Notes under the pieces: model-generated
What the model was told of the DNA's origin: nothing
What the model saw: the letters and a program-made list of their open reading frames with translations, nothing else
Databases searched by the model: none
From: Macrostomum lignano
Lineage: Eukaryota
Direction of reading: 5' to 3'
Assembly (NCBI GenBank): GCA_002269645.1
Contig: NIVC01002377.1
Location: forward strand, 115,596-179,595
DNA length: 64,000 bases
Position numbers and translations under genes: made by a program
In this document: piece after piece, positions 1 through 11,149 of the stretch
Layout of the letters: each line of letters opens with the position of its first letter
How positions within the stretch are numbered: the stretch's first letter is position 1

Positions 1-236
1 GCGATTTAGATTGGTCATGGACCGATTTAGATTGGTCATGAATTAATTTCGATTGGTCATGGAGCGATTTCAATTGGTCATAGATCGATTTCGATTGGTC
101 ATGGATCGATTTCGATTGGTCATGGAGCGATTTCGATTGGTCATGGACCGATTTCGATTGGTCATGGAGCGATTTCGATTGGTCATGGACCGATTTCGAT
201 TGGTCATGGACCGATTTCGATTGGTCATGGACTGGT
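1..236. repeat. 21-bp minisatellite (GACCGATTTCGATTGGTCATG), truncated by window start
   Basis: About 11 near-identical 21-bp units; the ORF 53..250 is just its translation. Confidence 0.95.
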
Positions 237-295
237 CCATAGATGATTAATTTCGATCGATCATCATTAATCATAAAATATTGTTACACATACAG

Positions 296-835
296 TGAAT
301 GGTGCCAACTCCAACCCCATCTACCGCTCCCCTCACCCCGCAGCCCAAGTCGCCAATGCAGGCCATCGTGGCCGCGCCGCCGCCGACTCCGCACAACAGC
401 CTCGGTCGGCGGGACAAGCGGCCCAACGTTGAGGACGCCTCGGCCGAGATAGACGCCGCCGCCGACGCCGCCGCCGACGCTGAGGTGCTAGCGTCGTCGA
501 CAACCGCTGAGCTGCTTTTGCCTGCCGGCCGAAACGGCGAACGGCCTCTCCGCCTGCCGCTGCCCGACCTCGCCGCCGGCCGCTGCGTTCTCCTCTGCCC
601 GTGCGGCGGCGATGGGCGCCGCGTCCTCGTGGCCAGCTGCCGCTCCGGGCCCGACGCCACGCTTGGCGAGGTGCTGGCGCTGTTGCAAACCGCTGCCGCG
701 GCTGCCGCGTCTACCGGCACCGACGCCGCTGGGAACGGCGTTGCGGCTACGGCTACGGCTACTGGGCAGGCGATTCGAGCCCGGCACTACCTGGGCAGGT
801 GTCACACGCCGCCCTCCAGTCCCACTAGTGAGTGA
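296..835 (+). CDS. Probable terminal coding exon of an unidentified gene (Ala/Pro-rich, ~178 aa), possibly with a 1-nt frameshift near 329-332
   Basis: GC-rich island with G/C-ending codons in frame 299..835; acceptor-like TACAG ending at 295; TGA 833-835; AATAAA at 942-947. An alternative donor GTGAGT at 828-833 is possible. No family recognised. Confidence 0.6.
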
Positions 836-1288
836 GAGAGAGATAGAGATTCATGCTTCAAATACAGGCCGCCTGATGTGCTTTTTAAGTCCTTGTCTAC
901 GTGCTTAGCTAACCGCGGTCAACTTCGCTTAACTTGTATGAAATAAAATCAGCAGTTTCTGAAGTAATCAAAATACAATAGTAATGTTGAGAGATGGTTT
1001 TGAAAGTAGTTTGAATAAGTTCAGGTGTTCCTTAGATTGTGTTAGCAGTAGTTTAGAATTTTAGGTGTACTTTAGATTACTTTAGAAGAAATTTAGATTA
1101 TTTTAGGAGCAGTTTAAACTATCTTAAAAGTAGTTTAGATTTACTTAGGAGTAGTTTAATTTAATTTAGGAGTTTTAACTTAGTCTAGATCATTTCAGAA
1201 TCTAAGTTAAGAATATTTTTAGAGTTTAGAATAATTTAGGAGTAGCTGAAAATATTTTAAAACTAGTTTAGACTATTTTAGGAACACT

Positions 1289-1481
1289 TTTAGATAATTT
1301 TAGGAGTAGTTTAGATAATTTTAGGAGTAGTTTAGATAATTTTAGGAGTAGTTTAGATAATTTTAGGAGTAGTTTAGATAATTTTAGGAGTAGTTTAGAT
1401 AATTTTAGGAGTAGTTTAGATAATTTTAGGAGTAGTTTAGATAATTTTAGGAGTAGTTTAGATAATTTTAGGAGTAGTTTA
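1289..1481. repeat. 21-bp AT-rich minisatellite (TTTAGATAATTTTAGGAGTAG)
   Basis: About 9 perfect units, preceded by degenerate copies back to ~1000. Confidence 0.93.
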
Positions 1482-2224
1482 TACGCTCTTCTAATAGTAG
1501 TCTAGGCTAACATAGTCTAATGAGAAATGGGTTGAATAATGCAAGTACTTCTGTCCCGGTCTGCCGCAGGGTTCGATTTCGTCCAGCCACCCACGATAGC
1601 AGAAGCAGCAGAAGCAGCTTCAGGCGGCAAAAAAACGGTTGGCAGGGTTGCCGTGTCATCAACTCTGCTAAGCGACACACCGGCCACGCCAGACAGTTCA
1701 ACAAATGGACAGTGAAACTAAATATAATCTTATATTTGATTTGCATTGGGTTCGGTTCGTGATGTCATTCATCATTTATCTAATTTCATCATCAAAATGT
1801 TTTTGTCTTCTCTGAAATACTCGAATTCAATCGGTGAATCTTTCTTTACCCTTAGAATACTTGGTTTCTTTCCTGCATGGATACTACTACTGTTTACTAG
1901 TAGTATTAGTGGTAGAAGTGGCTAGCGTGCACAATAATCCCCCCGCGTGTAAGGGGTCAGTGTAATGATTGTTAACTGCTGCTGCTGGTATCTCCTTTGC
2001 CTTCCTATATTGTATTTATCTTTTGTTCCCCAGTGAGTAGCGAGTAGCAAGTAGTGAGTAGCGAGTGTAACTTCAAGTTGTAATCTTATTTATTTGTTTA
2101 TTCATATTTCAATGCAGAGTTGGTTTGACCTGTTTAAAATATTGATTTATAGAGTAATTTTTTACTAACCTCTAATTTAAAACTTATGTTGTCATTTGAT
2201 GAAGATTTTTAATGTCATTTATTG

Positions 2225-2845
2225 GATTTTAATGTAATTTAATGGGATTTCAATATATTTTAATGGGATTTCAATATAATTAAATGGGATTTTAAATGTA
2301 TTTTAATGGGATTTCAATATAATTTAACGGAATTTCAATATGCTTTAATGGGATTTCAATATAATTCCATAGGATTTTTGTAATTTATTGGGATTTCAAT
2401 ATAATTTAATGGGATTTCAAATGTATTTTAATGGGATTTCAATATAATTTAATGGGATTTCAATATAATTTAACGGGATTTCAATATAATTTAATGGGAT
2501 TTCAGTATAATTTAATGGGATTTCAATATAATTTAATGGGATTTCAATATAATTTAATGGGATTTCAGTATAATTTAATGGGATTTCAATATAATTTAAC
2601 GGGATTTCAATATAATTTAATGGGATTTCAGTATAATTTAATGGGATTTCAATATAATTTAACGGGATTTCAATATAATTTAATGGGATTTCAGTATAAT
2701 TTAATGGGATTTCAATATACTTTAACGGGATTTCAATATAATTCCATAGGATTTTTATGTAATTTATTGGGATTTCAATATAATTTAATGGGATTTCAAT
2801 ATAATTTGATGGGATTTTAATGTAATGTAGCGGGATTTGTGTAAC
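2225..2845. repeat. 21-bp minisatellite (ATGGGATTTCAATATAATTTA)
   Basis: About 29 units, degenerate at both edges; source of the MGFQYNL ORF. Confidence 0.95.
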
Positions 2846-3806
2846 TTTTTGGGATTATAATAATGCAATTATTACCAAAATTGGGTATTTTACACCAAAG
2901 TGTGTGTATTATGCAGTAAAAACAAATTTCCAACATGAGTAGATAAGTAGGATATAGTGCATATTAACGTCTAAATTTCGTTTTCGCACTCAACTTGGAA
3001 TTTTACAAGAGCAAGCAATTAAAATCACTTTATTATGTTGAAGTATGTTCTGCCAAATAAATTTTTGACCAATGTCTGCGCTTTATAACATAAGGTGCTT
3101 TTCCTTGATTGTGAACTCAAGCTACTACTCGTAAGTAGTTACTAAAAAGGTTTTCAGCCAATTAAGTTGTAATTGCTTGAATAATTCTACCGAGGCCTAT
3201 TAAGCTTAGTTTGTTGCCTTTTATCATTTAATTAGTTTATGTTGTTATACTCGAGCTATACTACTCATGTGCTGATATCGATTCTCTGCCCTTTTTGCCT
3301 TTTTTCTTATTTTACCCCAACAATTTATTTCATCACGGGCTAGTTTATAATGCAAAGCTTGGTTTTTTGTGTCTATTATTTCAGTTTTGTGAACTAATAG
3401 CTTTTGTGTGCGATGACACTCCTAGTAGTAGTGGCTGTAGCAAATTTAGTTATTAATGCTCTTATTAACACTGGTTTTTCCTTTTCACTTATACTTTTTA
3501 CTAATAGTAATGCCTATATTTATGTATGCGTATATACGAGTACATGCGTGTACTTCAGACGACACAAGTAAAGTAATGTAAGAATACACCTTGAATGCAT
3601 GGATATTCCAGTTCAGGGCGGCGCCGCTATTAGTTGAATGCTGAATTTGTTTTTATTCTCCTGCAATTCGCTGCCGTAGCGGCGCCCTTCCGCGCACTTC
3701 TGTCCGTCACGCGTGACCTATTTTTTTACAGATCTTAATTGCCAGTTGCAACTCTCTGCTTCGTGTGTTATTGTTTTATGGGAAAATTAACCATGAATGT
3801 CATTGG

Positions 3807-4290
3807 CAGGGAGTGAGGTGGGTGCCGTTAGCAAGGAGTGAGGTGGGTGTCAGTCAGACAGGGAGTGAGGTGGGTGTCATAGACAGGGAGTGAGGTGGGT
3901 GTCAGTCTGAAAGGGAGTGAGGTGGGTGTCAGTCAGACAGGGAGTGAGGTGGGTGTCAGTCAGACAGGGAGTGAGGTGGGTGTCATAGACAGGGAGTGAG
4001 GTGGGTGTCAGTCAGACAGGGAGTGAGGTGGGTGTCATAGACAGGGAGTGAGGTGGGTGTCAGTCAGACAGGGAGTGAGGTGGGTGTCATAGACAGGGAG
4101 TGAGGTGGGTGTCAGTCAGACAGGGAGTGAGGTGGGTGTCAGTCAGACAGGGAGTGGGTGGGTGTCGTAAGGAGTGAGGTGGGTGTCGTAAGCAGTGAGG
4201 TGGGTGTCATAGGGAGTGAGGTGGGTGTCATAGACGGACTGGGTGGGTGTCGTAAGGAGTGAGGTGGGTGTCATAGGGAGTGAGGTGGGT
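3807..4290. repeat. 23/27-bp minisatellite (GGGAGTGAGGTGGGTGTC + ATAGACA or AGTCAGACA)
   Basis: Two interleaved unit lengths, about 19 units. Confidence 0.95.
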
Positions 4291-5861
4291 GCACGCTTTT
4301 GTACAAGTTCGCTAATTCCCCCCAAGCGCCCCCCGAGCCATTTGGCAATCGTTGATCCCAACTAAGCAGAGCCAACTGCAGCTTAACGGAACCTCTCAGT
4401 CAAGCCTCAATCGCCTTTGTCCAAGCGAAGCCAGTAAGACAACACAGCATTTTGTGTCTGCGCTTTCGAGAAAATGTCACGAAACCGGACCGGCTGTCAT
4501 TGTGTGTGCGCTCGCGCGCCATTGTGCGTCACGCAAGACTACGGCGGAGGTTTAAAAAGAGAAAATCCGGATCTCATCCTAAGCAGCGGGTGGAAAGCGT
4601 CATGTGTCAGTTGTGCTGACCATTTATGCCGAGTAGGAATGAATGAATGAATGAATGAGGGTTGTCATTAAGAGCAAGGATTTTTGTCTAACAAGAGTCA
4701 GCCAGCTCAGGGACCACTGCGGACATGGGAGTGACTACGAGTAGCCTGGGCCAGTTCTCTTTCAAATAATTGCATATTGCTAGTCGGCTTTTTACCATAG
4801 ATATTTCCCGCTGCTGGGCGCGGGCAGAGCATATTTAACCATAGACAAAGTTTCAACTATTAGAGAAGAGAAGAGGAGGGAAGAGAGAGAGAGACATTAT
4901 AGGAACTCTGTTAGTAGCCAAGGATCTTGACAATTGTTGAAATCTAACTTGCATTGTATTTTATTAATTAGTTGATAGCTGTTTTCAACGATTCTCTCGA
5001 ATCAAACGGCCGGCCCACCCGCCGTGGGCAAGCGAGAGCAGTTTTTCAAAAGAAGAAAAATGCAATTTCAAGCCGCAAATTCAATTCAGTAATGAAAGAA
5101 CGACGCGAAATGAATGCCAGAGGAAGACGGGACAGAAAAACAAATTAATTCTCTGCCAAAAAATGATTCAAGCTACCCCAGGTCCCGCCCGCCATGGACA
5201 CAGACAGAGACTCTCACCAGAGAGAGAGAGTCTCGTAGCTTTCTAATTTCTGCGGAAGCACTTCAAAAGGAAAAAGACAAAGGGCTGGCGGTGCGTTGCT
5301 GCTGGTGGAAGAGTCGGCCGTCGGCAGACTAGAAAGAAACTTTTAGGGAGCTGAGCCAGACCCGTTCCGCTCACTCTCTCCCCTTCCGTGAGCCCCGCCC
5401 TTGACTGCAGCTGCCGCCAAGGGGGGGGGGGCGGCAGTGAAGGCCCAGCTGAAGTGAAGAGGAAAAACACAATTGAAAGCGAATTCACAAATACCGCATT
5501 TATACCTCCCTAGCCTTGGCTCTCACTGACACCGCGCAGGCGTGACACTTCATTTGTGAATAGGAGGCCAGCCAGACCGGCTCACTGACTGCATACTCCT
5601 GTTTTTCTGTTGGAGCGGCGCACTGTTTGGCATGCGGTTTTTGTTCTCTTTTGTCTCTCAGTCAGTCCCCCGCACCGCCACGCCCCGTGCTCAGCCGCGT
5701 CTCAACTAGTTTTGTCTCTTTCTCATTCCTCTCCCCTCTCACTGAGTTGCTGTTCCAACGAAATTTTCTGCAGACAGAACTCACTTAATTTTTCAGCTCA
5801 CCGCTGATAGCTTGTAGTTTTAGCTGTGAGTTTCTTAATGCTGGATTATACACTGTGCGAC

Positions 5862-6553
5862 TGGGACTGACTGAGAGCTCTGCTTGTGACTGAGAGCTCG
5901 GATTGTGACTGAGAGCTCTGGGTTGTGACTGACTGAGAGCTCTGATTGTGACTGACTGAGAGCTCTGGGTTGTGACTGACTGACTGAGAGCTCTGATTGT
6001 GACTGACTGAGAGCTCTGATTGTGACTGACTGACTGAGAGCTCTGATTGTGACTGACTGAGAGCTCTGATTGTGACTGACTGACTGAGAGCTCTGATTGT
6101 GACTGACTGACTGAGAGCTCTGATTGTGACTGACTGACTGAGAGCTCTGATTGTGACTGACTGACTGAGAGCTCTGATTGTGACTGACTGAGAGCTCTGA
6201 TTGTGACTGGCTGAGAGCTCTGATTGTGACTGACTGACTGAGAGCTCTGATTGTGACTGACTGAGAGCTCTGGGTTGTGACTGACCGAGAGCTCTGATTG
6301 TGACTGACTGAGAGCTCTGATTGTGACTGACTGAGAGCTCTGATTGTGACTGACTGACTGAGAGCTCTGATTGTGACTGACTGAGAGCTCTGATTGTGAC
6401 TGACTGACTGAGAGCTCTGATTGTGACTGACTGAGAGCTCTGATTGTGACTGACTGACTGAGAGCTCTGATTGTGACTGACTGAGAGCTCTGATTGTGAC
6501 TGACTGACTGAGAGCTCGGATTGTGACTGACTGAGAGCTCTGGTTTGTGACTG
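5862..6553. repeat. 23/27-bp minisatellite (GACTGAGAGCTCTGATTGTGACT +/- GACT)
   Basis: Units differ by one GACT copy; each has an AGAGCTCT palindrome. Confidence 0.95.
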
Positions 6554-6985
6554 ATTTGGACTCGCATTACTTTAAAGTTCAACTAGCTGGACTGCTAAGT
6601 GACTCAGACTGCAGACACAGATTTCATATAAAGTTTACAAAGGCTTCAATTATACGGATATGGATTAAGACGAAGAGCCATGCAGGAACCGGAAGTCAAG
6701 GTCTGGGCCTTGGATCAAACTGATTACACGAGCATTGCAATAAGATGGCGTCTCCCATTACAGCTTTGCAAACACAGAGTGATCGTGTCTTTTCTCGGCT
6801 CATTCGTCTCGCTTAAAAAGCGGCCCGGACACTCCAGACTGCTGTTGGATGAGGCGGTCTGTTTGCTCACTAACTTTCTTTTTCGAAAAGCATATATAAT
6901 GTATGGGCAATTTCTATACATATATAGGCCTGGGGTACAGACTAGTTCGTCTGCTGTACCATTGAAGACTTACTGTTGTCAGAAC

Positions 6986-7560
6986 TACACACCACTCTGC
7001 TCTTGGCGCCACTGCCTCCCTCTGCTCTTGGCGCCGCTGCTTCCCTCTGCTCTTGGCGCCGCTGCTTCCCATTTCTCTTGGCGCCACTGCCTCCCTCTAC
7101 TCTTGGCGCCACTGCCTCCCTCTACTCTTGGCGCCACTGCCTCCCTCTACTCTTGGCGCCACTGCCTCCCTCTACTCTTGGCGCCACTGCCTCCCTCTAC
7201 TCTTGGCGCCACTGCCTCCCTCTACTCTTGGCGCCACTGCCTCCCTCTACTCTTGGCGCCACTGCCTCCCTCTACTCTTGGCGCCACTACCTCCCTCTTT
7301 TCTTGGCGCCACTGCATCCCTCTTCTCTTGGCGCCACTGCCTCCCTCTACTCTTGGCGCCACTACCTCCCTCTTTTCTTGGCGCTACTGCCTCCCTCTTC
7401 TCTTGGCGCCACTGCCTCCCTCTACTCTTGGCGCCACTGCCTCCCATTTCTCTTGGCGCCACTGCCTCCCATTTCTCTTGGCGCCACTGCTTCCCATTTC
7501 TCTTGGCGCCACTGCCTCCCTCTTCTCTTGGCGCCACTGCCTCTCTCTTGGCGCCCCTGC
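6986..7560. repeat. 25-bp minisatellite (TCTTGGCGCCACTGCCTCCCTCTAC)
   Basis: About 23 units with a TGGCGCCA palindrome; open in all three + frames. Confidence 0.95.
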
Positions 7561-7944
7561 CTTCCTCAATCTATACTCGTAATTTAACTTAATTGCACCG
7601 CTACTCCTTAATGACTGTTAATTTCAGCTGTAATAATGAGAGCGACAGTCAGACAGATAAGGCACAGATAAACGAGAGATTAAAATGACAGGCTTTGCAC
7701 AGCAAAGGGTCAGCGGCGGACACGCTCTCTTAGCCCTACTATACAGTTGTAAGAACTCAGCTGTTTCACTTTTGACCCGAGGATTTTTTGTCGGAACTTT
7801 CGCTGAGCTGTCAAGGATCAGCAGCTGCGCAAACTTGCTGTCAATCCTGGCTGTCTTTCCTATCTGGAAATATTGACTAAAATTTCAATGAGAGCATTGT
7901 GCTTCTATGCTGATCAATCGCTTACGAGAGGGGGGGATAAGAGG

Positions 7945-8960
7945 GATGAGATAGGAAAGGGAGAGATAGGAGAGGGAGAGATAGGAGAGGGAGAGATAGG
8001 AGAGGGAGAGATAGGAGAGGGAGAGATAGGAGAGGGAGAGATAGGAGAGGGTGAGATAGGAGAGGGAGAGATAGGAGAGGGAGAGATAGGAGAGGGTGAG
8101 ATAGGAGAGGGTGAGATAGGAGAGAGAGAGATAGGAGAGGGAGAGATAGGAGAGGGTGAGATAGGAGAGGGAGAGATAGGAGAGGGTGAGATAGGAGAGA
8201 GAGAGATAGGAGAGGGAGAGATAGGAGAGGGAGAGATAGGAGAGGGAGAGATAGGAGAGGGAGAGATAGAAGAGGGAGAGATAGGAGAGGGTGAGATAGG
8301 AGAGGGTGAGATAGGAGAGAGAGAGATAGGAGAGGGAGAGATAGGAGAGGGAGAGATAGGAGAGGGAGAGATAGGAGAGGGTGAGATAGGAGAGGGAGAG
8401 ATAGGAGAGGGAGAGATAGGAGAGGGAGAGATAGGAGAGGGAGAGATAGGAGAGGGTGAGATAGGAGAGGGTGAGATAGGAGAGAGAGATAGGAGAGGGA
8501 GAGATAGGAGAGGGAGAGATAGGAGAGGGAGAGATAGGAGAGGGTGAGATAGGAGAGAGAGAGATAGGAGAGGGAGAGATAGGAGAGGGAGAGATAGGAG
8601 AGGGAGAGATAGGAGAGGGAGAGATAGGAGAGGGAGAGATAGGAGAGGGAGAGATAGGAGAGGGAGAGATAGGAGAGGGTGAGATAGGAGAGGGTGAGAT
8701 AGGAGAGAGAGAGAGATAGGAGAGAGAGAGAGATAGGAGAGGGAGAGATAGGAGAGGGTGAGATAGGAGAGGGTGAGATAGGAGAGAGAGAGATAGGAGA
8801 GGGAGAGATAGGAGAGGGAGAGATAGGAGAGGGAGAGATAGGAGAGGGAGAGATAGGAGAGGGAGAGATAGGAGAGGGTGAGATAGGAGAGGGTGAGATA
8901 GGAGAGAGAGAGATAGGAGAGGGAGAGATAGGAGAGGGAGAGATAGGAGAGGGTGAGGTA
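7945..8960. repeat. 15-bp polypurine minisatellite (GGAGAGGGAGAGATA)
   Basis: About 67 units with occasional shorter or longer variants that shift phase. Confidence 0.95.
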
Positions 8961-9689
8961 AGAGAGGAATGAGGCTGCTTTTTACATCTGTATATTCGTG
9001 ATCCCAATCAAAGGTCACCGATATCAAATGTCAATATATAAAAATATAAATCCAGAACACTATATTTAACCTGTGGAGGGCAATACTTCAAGCCGAATAT
9101 TTTATCAATCCAGTCAAAACAATCTAGAAAACGCATCAAATCAAGATTGGCCCTATAGCCGCTTAAGCGGAATTCCTAAGGCCGTGAATCCGTGTGTTAC
9201 GCAATCACCAATTGCTGGCTTGTCGACATTCTAAAGGAAACACTGAATCGGGACATTGGGGGGTAGGGAATTGAGAGGCTTACGGAGCACACAGGTTTCA
9301 TTATTCATAGATCAAAAACACTGTGATGCGCTTGCAAGCAATATGTCAGCTTTGAGTCAGTGTGGCACACGTGCCCCAATTTGAGCCTCTGGCTGATGAT
9401 GTTTTGAGCTTTGAACAAACACAAATCTTGATGGCAAACACTAACGGAGCTGAGCACTGAATGGTGACCAATTGATACTGAGAAAGTTTGCCAATAACAG
9501 CTGTAAAGACTGGGAAATAGTTTGTCTGCAATTCAATGACAATACGGTGGACAACTCAAGTAAAGAGGACGCTACATCCGCAAAAATGGAACTTCCGAAT
9601 TCCAAAAAAGCAGCTCTGCCCGAGGTGCACTCAAAAAGTTTATTAAGCAGTGTGTTTTCCTGAAATGCTACCGGAATCCGACAATTCTA

Positions 9690-10678
9690 GTGAGAGGGAG
9701 AGAGGGAGAGACGGAGAGAGGGAAAGAGGGAGAGAAGGAGAGAGGGAAAGAGGGAGAGAGGGAGAGAGGGAGAGAGGGAGAGAGGGAGAGAGAGAGAGAG
9801 GAGGAAAGAAAGAAAGGGAGGCAGAGGGGAGAGAGAAAGGAAAGAGAGGGAGAGAGAGGGAGAGAGAGAGTGAGAGAGGCAGAGAGGCAGAGAGGGAGAG
9901 GGAGGGTGGCAGAGAAAGATAGATGGAGAGAAGGAGAGAGGGAGAGAGGGAGAGAGGGAGAGAGGGAGAGAGGCAGAGAGGCAGAGAGGGAGAGAGACAG
10001 AGAGGCAGAGAGGCAGAGAGGCAGAGAGGGAGAGAGGCAGAGAGGCAGAGAGGGAGAGAGGCAGAGAGGCAGAGAGGCAGAGAGGCAGAGAGGCAGAGAG
10101 GCAGAGAGGCAGAGAGACAGAGAGGGAGAGAGGGAGAGATGGAGAGAGCAGAGAGGGAGAGAGGGAGAGAGGGAGAGAGGGAGAGAGAGAGAGAGGAGGA
10201 AAGAAAGAAAGGGAGGCAGAGGGGAGAGAGAAAGGAAAGAGAGGGAGAGAGAGGGAGAGAGAGAGAGAGGAGGAAAGAAAGAAAGGGAGGCAGAGGGGAG
10301 AGAGAAAGGAAAGAGAGGGAGAGAGAGGGAGAGAGAGAGTGAGAGAGGCAGAGAGGCAGAGAGGGAGAGGGAGGGTGGCAGAGAAAGATAGATGGAGAGA
10401 AGGAGAGAGGGAGAGAGGGAGAGAGGGAGAGAGGGAGAGAGGCAGAGAGGCAGAGAGGCAGAGAGGGAGAGAGGCAGAGAGGCAGAGAAGGAGAGAGGGA
10501 GAGAGGCAGAGAGGCAGAGAGGCAGAGAGGCAGAGAGGCAGAGAGGCAGAGAGGGAGAGAGGCAGAGAGGCAGAGAGACAGAGAGGGAGAGAGGGAGAGA
10601 TGGAGAGAGCAGAGAGGGAGAGAGGCAGAGAGGCAGAGAGGGAGAGAGACAGAGGCGGAGAGAGAAAGAAAGAAAGGA
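9690..10678. repeat. GA-rich low-complexity array (GAGAGAGG/GGCAGAGA) with internal block duplication
   Basis: 8-10 bp units; the block at ~9781-9950 recurs at ~10251-10420. Confidence 0.9.
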
Positions 10679-11149
10679 TGTCTTTCAATGCTTTCCGATT
10701 GAAAAACTCCGCGATCCGCCAAGATCAAGCGCCAGTCTAAATAAGCGCTCTAGGCTGGAGAGGGAGCTGAGTAAGCAATGAGGATGAATTGAGGCAGTGG
10801 GAGAAGTGGAAACAGGAAGAGTTGGGTGCAGGCCAGAGAGGGCTCTGGGCGGTCATTAACATTGCCCCACACTGGCTCGCAAATCAGTGCAGAGAAGCGA
10901 AACGCGAACGGCTTCCGTCCAAATACTTGTGTAGTTCACTCGACTCCGAGCAGGGGGGAAGGGTTTTTATTCGCCGACTTCAGATCTTATCGGAATTCAA
11001 GTGCGAAGCCGTTTTGAACGAGTTTTCCCAAAAAAGAACGGAAAAGCAAGCCGTGCTGCATGGACGGAACGAACAGCCCTTGCTTGGGTCCTTGAAAAGG
11101 AGCTGCGCCCTCAAGTTGTCCCTTCGCTTCACACCACAGATCACGCTAT

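Noticed and set aside
6680-6985. About 100 aa of unique ORF ahead of the 25-bp array
   Set aside because: No recognisable motif and not GC3-rich like the real exons; length is inflated by the repeat.
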